From the NCBI RefSeq assembly GCF_009834535.1, contig NC_045696.1, positions 76,200,001 to 76,264,000 on the forward strand: 64,000 nt of DNA. The letters run 5' to 3'. Below the pieces are notes generated by a model. The model did not search any database, was not told the DNA's origin, and saw only the letters and a program-made list of their open reading frames with translations. The stretch is from Camelus ferus (Eukaryota). The position numbers and the translations under genes are program-made. Below, one piece after another: positions 14,658-26,300 of this stretch (position 1 is its first letter; each line of letters begins with the position of its first letter).

Positions 14658-15144
14658 CAGGCATACCTCATTATATTGTCCTTTACTGTGCTGCACAGAC
14701 ACTGTATTTTTTTTTATCAAATTGAAGATTTGTGGCAACCCTACATGGAGCAAGTCTATCAGCATTATTTTTCCAACAGTATTTTCTCACTTTGTGTCTC
14801 TGTATCACATCTTGGTAATTCTTGAAATATTTCAAACTTTTTCAGTATGATTATATTTCTTATGGTGATCTGTGATCCATGGTCTTTCAAGTTACTATTG
14901 CAAGAAGATTACAACTCAATGAAGGCTCATGATGGTTAGCATTTTTAGCAATAAAGTATTTTTAATTAAGAATTGTACATTTTTAGACATAATGTTGTTG
15001 CACACTTAACAGACTACAGTATAGTGTAAACATAACTTTTACATGCATTGGAAAACCAAAAATTTGTGTGATTCACTTTATTGCAATATTTGCTATATTG
15101 TGGTGGTCTGGAACCAAACCTGCAATATCTCCAATGCATGCCTA
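14658..15144 (+). mobile_element. Tigger1-derived internally deleted DNA transposon (Tigger1a-type) nested in L1
   Basis: TA|CAGGCATACCTC...TGCAATATCTCCAATGCATGCCTA|TA termini with TA duplication; L1 reading PDFKL|YYKAIVIK resumes across it. Confidence 0.9.
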
Positions 15145-18100
15145 TAATATTACAAAGCTATAGTAATCAAAAGAGTTTGATACTGGCATAAAAACAGACA
15201 CACAGACCATTGGAACAGAAATCAGAGCCCAGAAATAAACCTATACATAATATTTGGTCAACTAATACTTGACAAGGTAGCCAAGAATACTCAATTGGGA
15301 AAGGATAGTCTCTTTAATAAACAGTTTAAGGGAAACTGGATACCTACATGGAAAAGAATGAAACTGAATCCCTATCTTACACCACTCACAAATACTAACT
15401 CAAAATGGATTAGGACTTAACATAAGACCTGAAACTCTAAAATTCATAGAACACATAGGAGAAAAGCTCCTTGACATGGGTCTTGGCAATGGTTTTTTTG
15501 GATATGACACCAAAAGTACAAGAAATAAAAGGAAAAATCAACAAGTGGGGCTACACGAAACTAAAAGCTTCTGCATAGTCAATAAAATCAAAAGGCAATC
15601 TATGGAATTGGAGAAAACATTTGCAAATTATATATATATATATCTCTAATAAAGGGTTAATACCCAAAATATAGGATATATATACAACAACATATTGGCT
15701 GTATATACAACTATATACACAACTCAATAGCAAACAAGTAAGAACAAATAATCTGATTTAAAAATGAGCAAATGATTTGAATAGACATTTTTCCAAAGAA
15801 GATATACAGATGGCTGACAGGTACATGAAATGGTGCTCAGCATCCTTAATCATCAGGGAAATGCAAACCAAAATCACCTCACACCTCCTAGAATGGCTAT
15901 TATCAAAAAAGGCAAGAGATAACAAGTATTGGCAATGAGTTGGAGAAAAGGGAACCCTTGTGTACTGTAGGTAGGAATGTAGACTGGTACAGCCACTATG
16001 GAAAACAGTATGGAGGTTCCTCAAAAAATTAAAACTACAACTACCATAAGGTCTAGAAATTCTACTCTGGGTATATACCCAAAGGAAATGAAATCACTAT
16101 ATCAAAGGGATAGATACACTCTCATGTTCATTGCAACATTATTCACGATAGCCAAGATATGGAAACAACCTAGGTGTCCACTAGCAGATGAATGGATAAA
16201 GAAAATGTGGTGTATATAAACAATGGAGTATTATCCAGCCAAATAAATAAATAAATAAGAAAATCCTGCCATTTGTGACAAGATGGATGGACCTTGAGGA
16301 CATTCCACTAAGTTTAATGAGACAGGAAAAAAACATATAATCTCACTTACATGGGGAATCAAAAAAGTCATATTAATAGTAGCAAAGAGTAGAAAGGTGG
16401 TTGCCAGGGGCTGGGGGTTAGGGGAATGAGAAGACATTGGTCAAAGGGTACAAACTTCCAGATATAAGAGGAATAAGTTCCAGTGATCTAATTTATAGCA
16501 CGGTGACTATCATTAACAGTACCATATTGTACACTTGAAAGTTGCTACAATAGTAGATTTTAATTGTTCTCACCATAACAACAACAGCAACTAAATGGGA
16601 ATTATGTGAGGAAAAGAATGTGTTAATGATCACATTGTACATCCTAAACTTACACAAGGTTGTATGTCAATTTATATGTTAATAAAGTTGGGGGAGAAAG
16701 GAATAAGCTGACTGATTTCCCTAAATAATGATGACTGCAGCATTCTAGACATATGCTTGGTTTCCTGAAAAGATTGGTTAATTCCACTAAAGTCTCCTAA
16801 GCAAGCAGTTTATAAACTTTCTTAGTCACTTGGAGCTCACTGGTTGAGTTAAACTCCAGACATACTAACCAACGGATAAACATATCATCAAAATGAATTG
16901 GGTGAGGGGAAGAACCGTAGACTGTCAAGATAAACACAAAATCCTAACAGCGGGTGATGTCTGGAATTATGGGTGATTTTACTTCTTAGCTGGACTTTTC
17001 TGCATTCTTCAAATGTCCTACAACAAGCAAGCATCACCTCTGTAACTAGGAAGAAAGTTATACGTTTTAATATATTTTAAGAATGATGCCCTGTTAGATG
17101 ATGAATGAAATATAAAATTATCATTAAGATCAAGAAGCCATCACATAAATTAGTGATAAAAGAAACCAGCCCAAGATATTTCTCCTTAATAAGTCTCTCG
17201 CAAATCATTAGGGGCCCTCACCCTCCGGATCATTCTTAGAGAAAACTGTCCTGGAGGATTCTGAGGGAATGACAGGACATACTTACTTCCTTTCCTACAT
17301 CAGTGCAAATTACAGTCAAACTTTAATAGATTTTTAGTCTTCCTTTGTTGTGTTACTTATTTAAACTCAGTGTTTTAGAAACGTATTCATTGGAGACATT
17401 ACAGGTACCTGTGTCAGGAGGGACAGAAATCTTCCTGAATGTAGAGCAGGCACAGAGAGATGATGGGCTTGTGTGGAAAGTAAACAATGGTTATCATGGG
17501 CTTTACCCAAATGCTGTGTGATGTTTCTGAAGCCATCCTAATGTCCACCCCTAGGACAGACCCACACATGGCATTTCCCCATCTTCCATCTCCCATCCTA
17601 ACTTCTCCTTTCTCCATTCTTTTCCATCATCTTTTCCTCTTCTGCCCTTTGCTTCTAACCAGAGGTTCTCTTGTCAAGGGCCTAGATGATGATTTATTAT
17701 GTCATTTTAAAGACTTATAAAGGCCTACAGTGCTAAAACATAAAATGAACAAGAACTGACTTGTGTGCGTAAAATACGTCTCTTCCCTCAGAAGAGGGAG
17801 TGGTTTAAAAAGAAAAACAACTTAATCAGCAGAATAGTTTCCAACATAACTGCATTCTGGAAGCCAGGCTAGAGGAAACAAGTTGGATGCTTACTTAACA
17901 GCCCTCGCCAACAATGGTTTCTGAGACCAAAAGAATGGAGCTTTTTGTTTTGTTTCCAGCCTACTTTGTAATAACCACTTGGAGTTTTTCAGTATACTCT
18001 CTGCTCTACATTCAGTTCTTACCTCATTTCTTCCCTCATCTTTGCTTCTAATAGTTGGAGAAGAGTCTCTTACATTTGATTATTGGCAAGTATTCCTATA

Positions 18101-21100
18101 ATTCATTAGTTGAATCCTATTTCCCACAATATCCATAACATGAATTATTTTACATTTCTGATCGTAGAGCAGACAGACTTGAGCCTGTTTTAAAACACTC
18201 ATGTAATACAATTGAACTATTCTGGATGGGATGAAATGCAGTTTGAGCACTGCATGACGGCATCCTAATTTGTCAGGGCCAAGTTTATAAATATGAAAAA
18301 GTTAAGCTCGGCTCTAAGCTCCATGAGAGTAGGGACCATGCCCCTTTGCTCCCCATCTCCAGTATCTAACACACGCCTGGCACCTAGAAGGCAACAATGT
18401 TTAAATTGAAATGTAATTTAACTGAAATAAGTGTTCAATGATATCTCCAGGCTTCATAAGGCTGTAGCATCATTAAAACTGGGTCCCAAATAGGCTAGCT
18501 GGTTCAGAAAACCCTCTGTGATGGGTGCGCAGCTGCACAGGGTAACCAAACAACCTCAGTGATAGAGAGAGAACCTTGAGGGATGGCGTTGCCTATGCAA
18601 AACTGACTGAGCTGGCACTCCCCACAACTGGGTGTGAACCCTGGTGAGATTTGACAGTCAGTCCTAGCCAAGGGCCAAAGAAGCCACTCTGTCTTTGAAG
18701 ACAGCCTTTCTGGAGAGGCCTGCTCTGAAAAATCTCAAAGCTGTGACAAGTCACCACAAAACAGACTCCTTCACTAAACAGACTCCAAAGTGAAGCCAGG
18801 CATAAAATGAAAGACACCCCAACTTACGTGTGGAAATACTGCCAAAAGGCATTACTGCAGGAGCCAGATTTGCATCTCATGATTGAAGAGGTCCAGCCTC
18901 ATCCTCGGTTCACCAAAACCTGCTATAGGATAGAAGGAGGCTGTGCTGATGAGCAGAGCAGTCAGATGGTAGGAGACTAAGAACCTATTTAAAAATATGT
19001 TTAAGGTTGGCGTTAGTCCATGATCTCAATTTTCAACTGGGCACATTTTAAATGCCCCCTAGCTCCTAAAATAGAGGCAAGGACTATACACCAGAAGAGC
19101 TCAGGGTGAAGAGAGGTCCTGCGGAGAAAATTAACGCCTTTTAAAAGGCACTCCAAAGGAGCAGCCCAAAAAAGAGGCTTCCCTGAGGCTCAGTTACCCC
19201 AGCACAACCCCACCCTGCTGTGTTCTAAAAGGTTTTACATATTCAAGAGTCTTTTTCATACAGCAGCTTCAGAAAGACCTTTTTGTTTTTTTCTTTTCTT
19301 TTTTTTTTTTTTTTTTTCCATTTTAGAGATCTTTTGCCTAGACTGGCAAATAAAGTCATCCTTCATCGTTTTAATGTTTAAAACATTTCCAGCCAAAATG
19401 TGATTGAACTGTGCCAGAGCAAAGGTTCCAACACAATTTTTCCAAGTCAGTAGGAACATAGAGTGTTAAACATGAGAAGCCTATTCTGAAAGAGCACAAG
19501 CAGAAGGTAGACTCCTCTCTAATGGGTCACAGAGAAGAAAAGACTGGGAAACCTAGGGAAAATGATTTAGGAAAAAAAATTCAAAAGCCCCGGAAAGAAT
19601 TGTGACAGGCTTGAGAGGTACTAGAGAAGCCAGGGAGAACAGCATGTGAATGAGGAGTGGGACTGAAGAAGAAACCTTTCAGGAAGTAGAGGATGCTAGA
19701 AGTCAACAAGAAATGGACTGGGTTTTTGAAGGTCACCTGAGAGTTAAATGTGCCCAGAATGTGACCCCTGGTAAAAAAGGCTGGGTCTCTATGGGGGACA
19801 TTAAGATAATGTCTGGCTGGTTCTGGTTGCACTGGAGTGGATCCCAGAGTGCCTTGTCAATATGTGATCCAAAAATCACCTCCAAGGGGTCCCTCCTCCA
19901 TGAAGCCAGCCCCACAAACTAAAGATGCACACTGGGCTGCCTGTGTTTGAGAGACCGGTAGGTACACACCTCCTATCTCACTCCTGCCTGCATGTGTTTC
20001 TAATGCACTCCACAAAGGCCTAACCTAGCAAGGCTCTAGCCATGAGGCACGAGGCTGGAGAGCAGCTTTTTTGTCTTCAGCAACCAAACATCCATTTCCT
20101 GTGAAGCCAGATAGGTAATTAAGGAGAAAACAAAACCACATTTTGGGGTCATCAGTCCAGCCTTGCAGCTTCTCAACAGAAATCAACGTAGTGAGTCAAA
20201 AAGTCTTGTCTGGACGTGCCTCAGTCTAAGTGGTGAGATTGTACCTGGAGCATTCAGCAAAGTCTACAGCACTCTAGAAGCCATCTCCAGGAAAGGTGAA
20301 GCCACCGCCCAAATTCAGGCATGGATTTTCACAAGAGTCTGTTTTATCCAGGCGGAGAGTTTAAAAAGGGCTGGTGAGCTGGAGCACCAATTTGAATTGG
20401 CTTAGGCAATACTGAATTCTGTTAGATTGCAACCCTCTACTGCCAAACTCGGGGAAAACTGCTTAAATTATGGCCCTAATGTCTCTTGTCAGAACACAAA
20501 TGGATAAAGTCTTCTCCCACTTCCTGGGAAAAAACCAGTAGCTGGAATAGCTAGGCGCATACTGGAACATGCAAGCCACAAATATCTAAACAACCCAGCC
20601 AAGTGAGTCTATCCAGTTTTCATCGGAAAGGTGCCCTGAAGCAACACAGACTCACAGAGCAGACTCTCAATGACAGACCTGGTAGTGCAGAAAGTCCGGG
20701 AAGCCTGCATGATTAAAACTAATGGATGAGCATGGGAGTTGTGTGCATGGGCAGAAGGCGTGGCTTTTGATACAATCTTGCTCTGTTGGTATGGAACATT
20801 TACACCTCTGGTTCTCATTTGCAAAAAGAAAACAAAAAAGCAAAGGAATAAACAGAAAGCATGCTTTTGGTTGGTTCTGCCAACATCTGAGCAAACCTTT
20901 AAGGAGATTCCAGGCAATAGAACCTGGCACTGTGCTTCACAAGTTGGTACAAAATTCTTGGTGCCAAATGTTCAGGAAGTACATGCCTATGACTGCAGGA
21001 AAACTCTGGCGAAGTCCACTCCCTTGTAAAGGGGCCTTCTGTAATGTCTTTGCTGTGCGAATCGGATGCAATTCCATGGCACTCGGGGCCAGCACCTTGT

Positions 21101-21999
21101 CCCAGCATGGCAAATGGCCTAGTGTCCTATGTGTATAGCCAGGTACCTATACTAATGAGTGTGCACTCAAATTCTATCCGACTCTCCTGGTTCATAATGC
21201 TTGGACAGTTGGGAATGTGTTGGAGAATCACAGCATGGTTTGGAGACACAGAGAGTGTTCTCTTCCCGTAAAGCCCCTAGCAGTTCACACACTGGACAAA
21301 GCCACTCGAATAGGGCCACGGCCTGAGCCAGAACCTGTGGCCTCTATGAGTGATCAGGCCCCCAGAGTGTCAGGAGGGCTTCAGCGCAGTCTCCCTCAGC
21401 AAGTGAATTACTCCCACTTCCATCTCAAGTACATCATTGACCCTGGACAGCAAGTTGCCTTACAATCTGTAGACAATGAACGTTAGTTTGAAAGCCAAGT
21501 AGGAAGGATAAAACAGAGGGAAACAATATCGATAGCAGGGGTTTACATAAGGACACATGAGCACATGAGGAAAAACTCAGGTCACAACTGATCTTTATCT
21601 TTAGCAATATGGACAAAGTCATCGCTCATCCAACTATTCATTGACATAATACAGTCACTAAGGTTGAACAAGAGAAACTATACTCTCATTTCACTGACCT
21701 CAAGGAGCTTACAACAATCATTATAACAAATAATACCTGCAGAAATGTTTTACATTTTACAAGATGCTTTTGCATGTATGAATATGGAGATAAACAAGAG
21801 AAGTGTAAATTAAGTGAGAATAAAAGAGAGATCACAGATTGAATAAATAGGACCAGCAGCAAACACTGAGATATCAGAGGAGAGAAGAGCCTGGGTGGAT
21901 GTGAGAAAGGAAAGTTTAATGGGGCAGAGGAGATTTGAAAGATGGAGAAGTGGGAGAACCAGATTGTATCCTCTTACCAGAGAATATAAGCATCTTTTT

Positions 22000-22195
22000 T
22001 TCAATCAGATAAAAAATTATCTTTTGAACCTTTTATGTCCCAGGCAATGTGCCAGGTGCTAGATTTACAGCAATAAAAAAAGACAGTCTCTGCATTTCCA
22101 GTGGGCAAGATAGACCATGTGTAATGAAATAAATAAACAAGATAATTAGGTAACGCAATAAGTGCTGTGAAGGAAATAACTGACAATGTGACAGG
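22000..22195 (-). mobile_element. L2 LINE 3' fragment
   Basis: ATGTGCCAGGTGCTAGATTTACAGCAATAAAAAAAGACAGTCTCTGC..TAAGTGCTGTGAAGGAAATAA is typical of the reverse L2 3' end. Confidence 0.55.
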
Positions 22196-23369
22196 GACTT
22201 TTTCTTCTTACAGCTTTCCACTGTGCAACTCTCTGCACGTAACAAGTGCTCAGTTAATTTAATTAAACATGTGATAACACAACACTACACTTCAGAATAA
22301 AAGGTCCAAGCACAAGGTCATGAACTCTTCTGCAGTTGGGATCCACCAAATGTAAATCTACTTTAGCTGGCTGGTTACCCTCAAAATATCAATGGCACGT
22401 CTCCTCATTCAGTGTTCCCTGTCAGTATGAGCCAAACATACACTCAAATTACAACAAAACAATGAGGGCAGATGAGTCAAATGATGTATAAAAATGAATA
22501 AAACATTATTATATTATTGTTGTGGCAAAATTATGATTTAAATGGAAAATTCCTAATATATTCTCTAGTCATGACTTTGAAAAGGCAGAAAGTGATGTTG
22601 GAAAGACAATTAAAGATTGTCTCCCTGAGGACAGGATGCAACTTCCTGAAAAATGAGATAATCCAAATAAAATAATAGTCATATAACTGGGTATACAGTG
22701 CCCAAAAACCAGTCTGATGGATCCCTTGTCATTAATTGGTTAAATAAGATAATTTTTTTGTTGTTGTTGTTATAAGGTCACAGTCTTAGTCTCAGGCACT
22801 TTGTGCCATACTCAGATATTTAGATCCTGGTCCCAAAACATTAACCCTTGAGAACAGCTAGAGAGGGGACTCCTGTGAAAGAATCAGGGATTACTGAAAA
22901 GAGGAAAGATGTGTTAACAAGGTAGTAGTATGAAAAATGTTCATGTCCTTTTCCCTTCTGCGTGAGGTTGACTGAGGTTGCCTTCCCATGGCAGTGTCAG
23001 GGAGAACATTATAAAAGGAAAGGAAAGAGAAAAGCCACGATAATATACAGTTTCTGATATTTAAAATAGGATTTTTCATCAAGGCCATAGGCTTGAGAGC
23101 AGAATATATCAAGAAAAAGAAAGAAAGCATATTCTTTAATGTTGTATAATATCAAAATGCAAACCTAAAGAACTCAATTGTGGTGTCTTCTATTCAGAAA
23201 ATAGAATCCTTTGATCTATTAATAACTAGGCCCTCATCTTAGTATGAAACAGAGAAGGAAGAATCTTGAAACTTTTTCCTTTTATCCTGCAATATTCTAG
23301 GAGGGCTTGCTTCTCTCTTGCTGGCTAAATGGAGGTGATAAAGTGGAGAACTCCAAGGAAGCCCTAAAC

Positions 23370-23975
23370 CAGCGCTGTCCAATATGGTAACCACTAGACA
23401 CATTTGTCTCCTGAGCACTTGAGATGTGGCTAGGGTAACTCAATTTTAGTATTTTATTTTAATTAACTTAAATATCCAACTGTGGTTAGTGTGCTTACTA
23501 TATTAATTAATTAATTTATTTATTTTTATTGAAGTATAGTTGATTTACATTTTGTTAGTTTCTGGTGTACAGCATAGTCATTCAGTTATACATATATATT
23601 ATTTTTCATATTTTTATTATAGGCTATTACAACTTATTAAATGTAGTTCCCTGTGCTATATGTAGTAGGAACTTGTTGTTAATTTTATATATAGTATGGT
23701 GTGCTTGCTAATTCCAAACTTCCAATTTATCCGCCCCCTGTCCTTTCCTCTTTGGTAACCATAAGTTTGTTTTTTATGTCTGTTTCTGTTCTGTAATAAG
23801 TTCACTGGTATCACTTTTTTGGATTCCACACATAAAAGATATCATATATACTTGTCTTTATCTGACTTACTTCACTTAATATGATAATCATTAGGTCCAT
23901 CCACATTGCTGCAAATGACATTATTCCATTCTTTTTTATGGCTGAGTAGTGGGCTTGCCGTATTAGATGGCATGA
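23370..23975 (+). mobile_element. MER3/MER33-like hAT element split by an L1 insertion
   Basis: CAGCGCTGTCCAATATGGTAACCACTAG..GAGCACTTGAGATGTGGCTAG start; end resumes TAGTGGGCTTGCCGTATTAGATGGCATG; 8-bp TSD CCCTAAAC / CCCTAAAA. Confidence 0.7.
23506..23946 (-). mobile_element. 5'-truncated LINE-1 3' end
   Basis: TTTATTGAAGTATAGTTGATTTAC..TTCCCTGTGCTATA..TTTGGTAACCATAAGTTTGTTT is the reverse complement of the 3' UTR type seen at 3438-4192; degenerate 19-bp TSD 23487-23505 / 23947-23965. Confidence 0.9.
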
Positions 23976-24139
23976 CCCTAAAAGATGAGCAAGTACCATA
24001 ATGGAAGATGTCTAGATCCAATCACTTCTTGGAAGGGAGCGACCCAGGTGAACCTTGTGATTCCCATCAGACTGTGATATGAGTAAGAAATACACGTACA
24101 CTGTTCTAAGATTTGGAAAGCTATTACAACAGATAGTGT

Positions 24140-24295
24140 TAATTATCTTAAATAACACTGGCAGGTACTCTTACTCAACCTTTTTATAGATGAGAAAAGT
24201 GAGGCACAGAGGAATTTATTAATTTGCCCAAGGTCACATGGCTACTAAGTGGTGGAATTAGGATAGAGCCAGTAGTCTGACTAGAGAGTGCTCGC
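24140..24295 (-). mobile_element. MIR SINE
   Basis: TTTTATAGATGAGAAAAGTGAGGCACAGAGG..AATTTGCCCAAGGTCACATGGCTACTAAGTGGTGGA. Confidence 0.8.
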
Positions 24296-24387
24296 CCACA
24301 CTCCCAGAATCATTTGTGTACTGCAGTCCCTCGGTGTAAATGTGAGTAAAAGAAAGGGGATGGTTCATGGTCCAGACGTCACTGCTT

Positions 24388-24390
<3 letters not shown>

Positions 24391-24423
<33 letters not shown>
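24391..24423. repeat. (AC)16 microsatellite
   Basis: Read directly. Confidence 0.95.
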
Positions 24424-24425
<2 letters not shown>

Positions 24426-25239
24426 GGTAAATTTGCTACCTTATACCTTTTCTTTGCCATATGAATCACAAGTAATCAAATCCTTAGACAGCCTTACCAA
24501 TTAGAAAGGGTAAGCATGCACATTTCTCATGCACACAAAACCTGCTGTCTGGTTTCTTTGGAAATGACAGAACACTCTGCCATAGGAATACAATGAAAAG
24601 TGAGTCAGCTGTGCCCAGACCAAAGGAACGAGGAGTTCTGTAAATAAGAAACAGATGGGATTTCCGGAGCCATTCTCATGCATTTTAGCAGTTTTTAAAT
24701 GATCTAGGTTTTAACAATCCATTTGATTTTTCACCAGGATCTGAGTTGATTTCAACAATAACAATCATCCAGGCTTCTGAAATTGTTCTCAGCACTACTC
24801 ATCCGCAGTAACGTTCAGGCAACGGATGTACTCCTCTCCCCTCAGAAGAGCTCTAGTGTCTGATTCTCTCACCTGGGGCATGACTGTAAATTGGGCTTGA
24901 GGAAGGCTCTTCTAACATCTTTCTTTACCTGGGGTCTCTTAAGTACTTATGTACTCAGTTTGTAATATAATAATGAGGTCTCCTATAGACCACGTTTGTA
25001 AACATTCTCACGTAGCCTGCTCATAATAAAGATAAAGAAGATACTCTTTATTGAGCATCAACTTCATAACAGGTAATTTATTTACGTCACCTTATATGTA
25101 AAAATCTTAACAAAAAATGGGAAAAGAATATTATCCATTGTTTAATATTAACAATAAATGCCTAGTCTTTACAATGAATCAGATACCTCTCCAAGTAAAT
25201 TAATGTAATAATTCAGTCTTCATAAAAAATGAGAAAAGT

Positions 25240-25510
25240 ACTCTAATCATCATTCCTGTTTTGTAGGTTGGAAACTGAGGTGAAAGCAAGTTAAACAGCT
25301 TGCCTAATGTCACAGGCCAAATAAGAACAGAGCCAGGATTTCAAACCCAGGCACTCTGCCTCCAGAAGCTATATCCTTGACCTCTTCACTATACCTCTTC
25401 ACTTCTCAGTTACAGTTCAGAAAACACTTGCTCAAGATTACAAAGCAAACATAGGATAGAACAATGTTCAAAACCCAGATTCATCTGATTCCAAAGCCCA
25501 GGCTCCACCC
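25240..25510 (-). mobile_element. Two adjacent MIR fragments
   Basis: GGAAACTGAGG..GTTAAACAGCTTGCCTAATGTCACA..GGATTTCAAACCCAGGCACTCTGCCTCCAGA, then CTTGCTCAAGATTACA..AAACCCAGATTCATCTGATTCCAAAGCCC. Confidence 0.7.
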
Positions 25511-25639
25511 TCCCCATCAGTGTTTCCCCAAACATGCCTCTTTCCAGAATCACTTTGATAGCGTGCTCAAGGAGATGCCCAAGCCCCTTCAGACTCCCCC
25601 TGGGACCTGGGAAACAGCAGAAACTGCACACTGAGCAAC

Positions 25640-26300
25640 AGGCACAGGTGATTCCCACGTTGGGAGACTTGGGAAGCACGCCAGGCCACACAGTGCTCCC
25701 TTCTCTAGACTCTGAGCTCTTCTACAGCAGGGTTGTGGGCCTCCACGTCAGTGGAGTGCATGGCAGTTTATCCAGCTTCGTGGAGGAGCCAGGGAAGGCG
25801 ACTTAGGCTTGGGATAGCACGGCTTTGCGGGCTCTGGCTGCCTCCCACTGCTGTGTGCATGAGTGTACCAGTGAGAGTGCGGGATGTGTCAGGACATGCG
25901 TCATCTGAGTGTGTGTCTCTGCGTCTTCCTGCTGGAGCCACTGCTCCTGCCCTGTTTCACTTTCCAGCCAAAGGGCTCGTCTGTTCCCTACGTGGCCTCC
26001 TACCCTTTGTTCCTCCCCATTACCAGATGTCAGGAACGTGAAGCTGACCAGGCAGCTCCAGCAATCGCAAGTCAGCTCCTGGCAGAGTCTAAACGGCCTG
26101 AGGGGAGTCTTGGTGGGGTCTTTCAACTGACAAACCCTCCTCCTCCAGGTACCCTTAGGAGAGGAGCAAAGGAGAGGAGACAGCCAGCTCCCCACCCTGG
26201 GCACCCCAAGAGAGGACTTAAAATTAAAAGCCACGGCTGTGCTGCCTTAGCCACTGAAACTGCACCTGTGTCAGCGTGAGTTCTGTCACCTCCAGCAAAC
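25640..26300. promoter_or_regulatory. GC/CpG-enriched unique segment, candidate enhancer or alternative promoter
   Basis: Visibly more CpGs than the background; CCACGTCA (TGACGTGG) 25743-25750, TGCGTCA 25897-25903, IRF-type GTTTCACTTTCC 25954-25965. Confidence 0.4.

Larger units (their letters stand above)
12123..16325 (+). pseudogene. Degraded LINE-1 ORF2 (endonuclease / reverse transcriptase)
   Basis: Endonuclease motifs IVGDFNT (in ORF 12390-12584) and SDH (~12776); RT motifs [14 protein letters not shown] (~14025-14066) and SLLADDMILYLENPKD (~14144-14191); C-terminal [19 protein letters not shown]; many stops and frameshifts. Confidence 0.92.
11763..16697 (+). mobile_element. LINE-1 (L1MA-like 3' UTR) retaining both termini, with internal loss of ORF1
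   Basis: Starts GGAAATCACCAAAATGGCAGAGTAG (L1 5' end CAAGATGGCGGAGTAG type); ~360 bp of 5' UTR abuts ORF2 at ~12123; 3' UTR and AATAAA at 16681; TSD TAAGCTGACTG exact at 11752-11762 and 16704-16714. Confidence 0.92.

Noticed and set aside
17287..17409. Minus-strand exon with good acceptor and donor
   Set aside because: Stop codons in all three frames and no other support; likely a pseudo-exon.
20600..21490. Dense cluster of overlapping ORFs as a coding exon or retrogene
   Set aside because: No frame gives a recognisable protein, and I saw no convincing splice-site pair, poly(A) or TSD.
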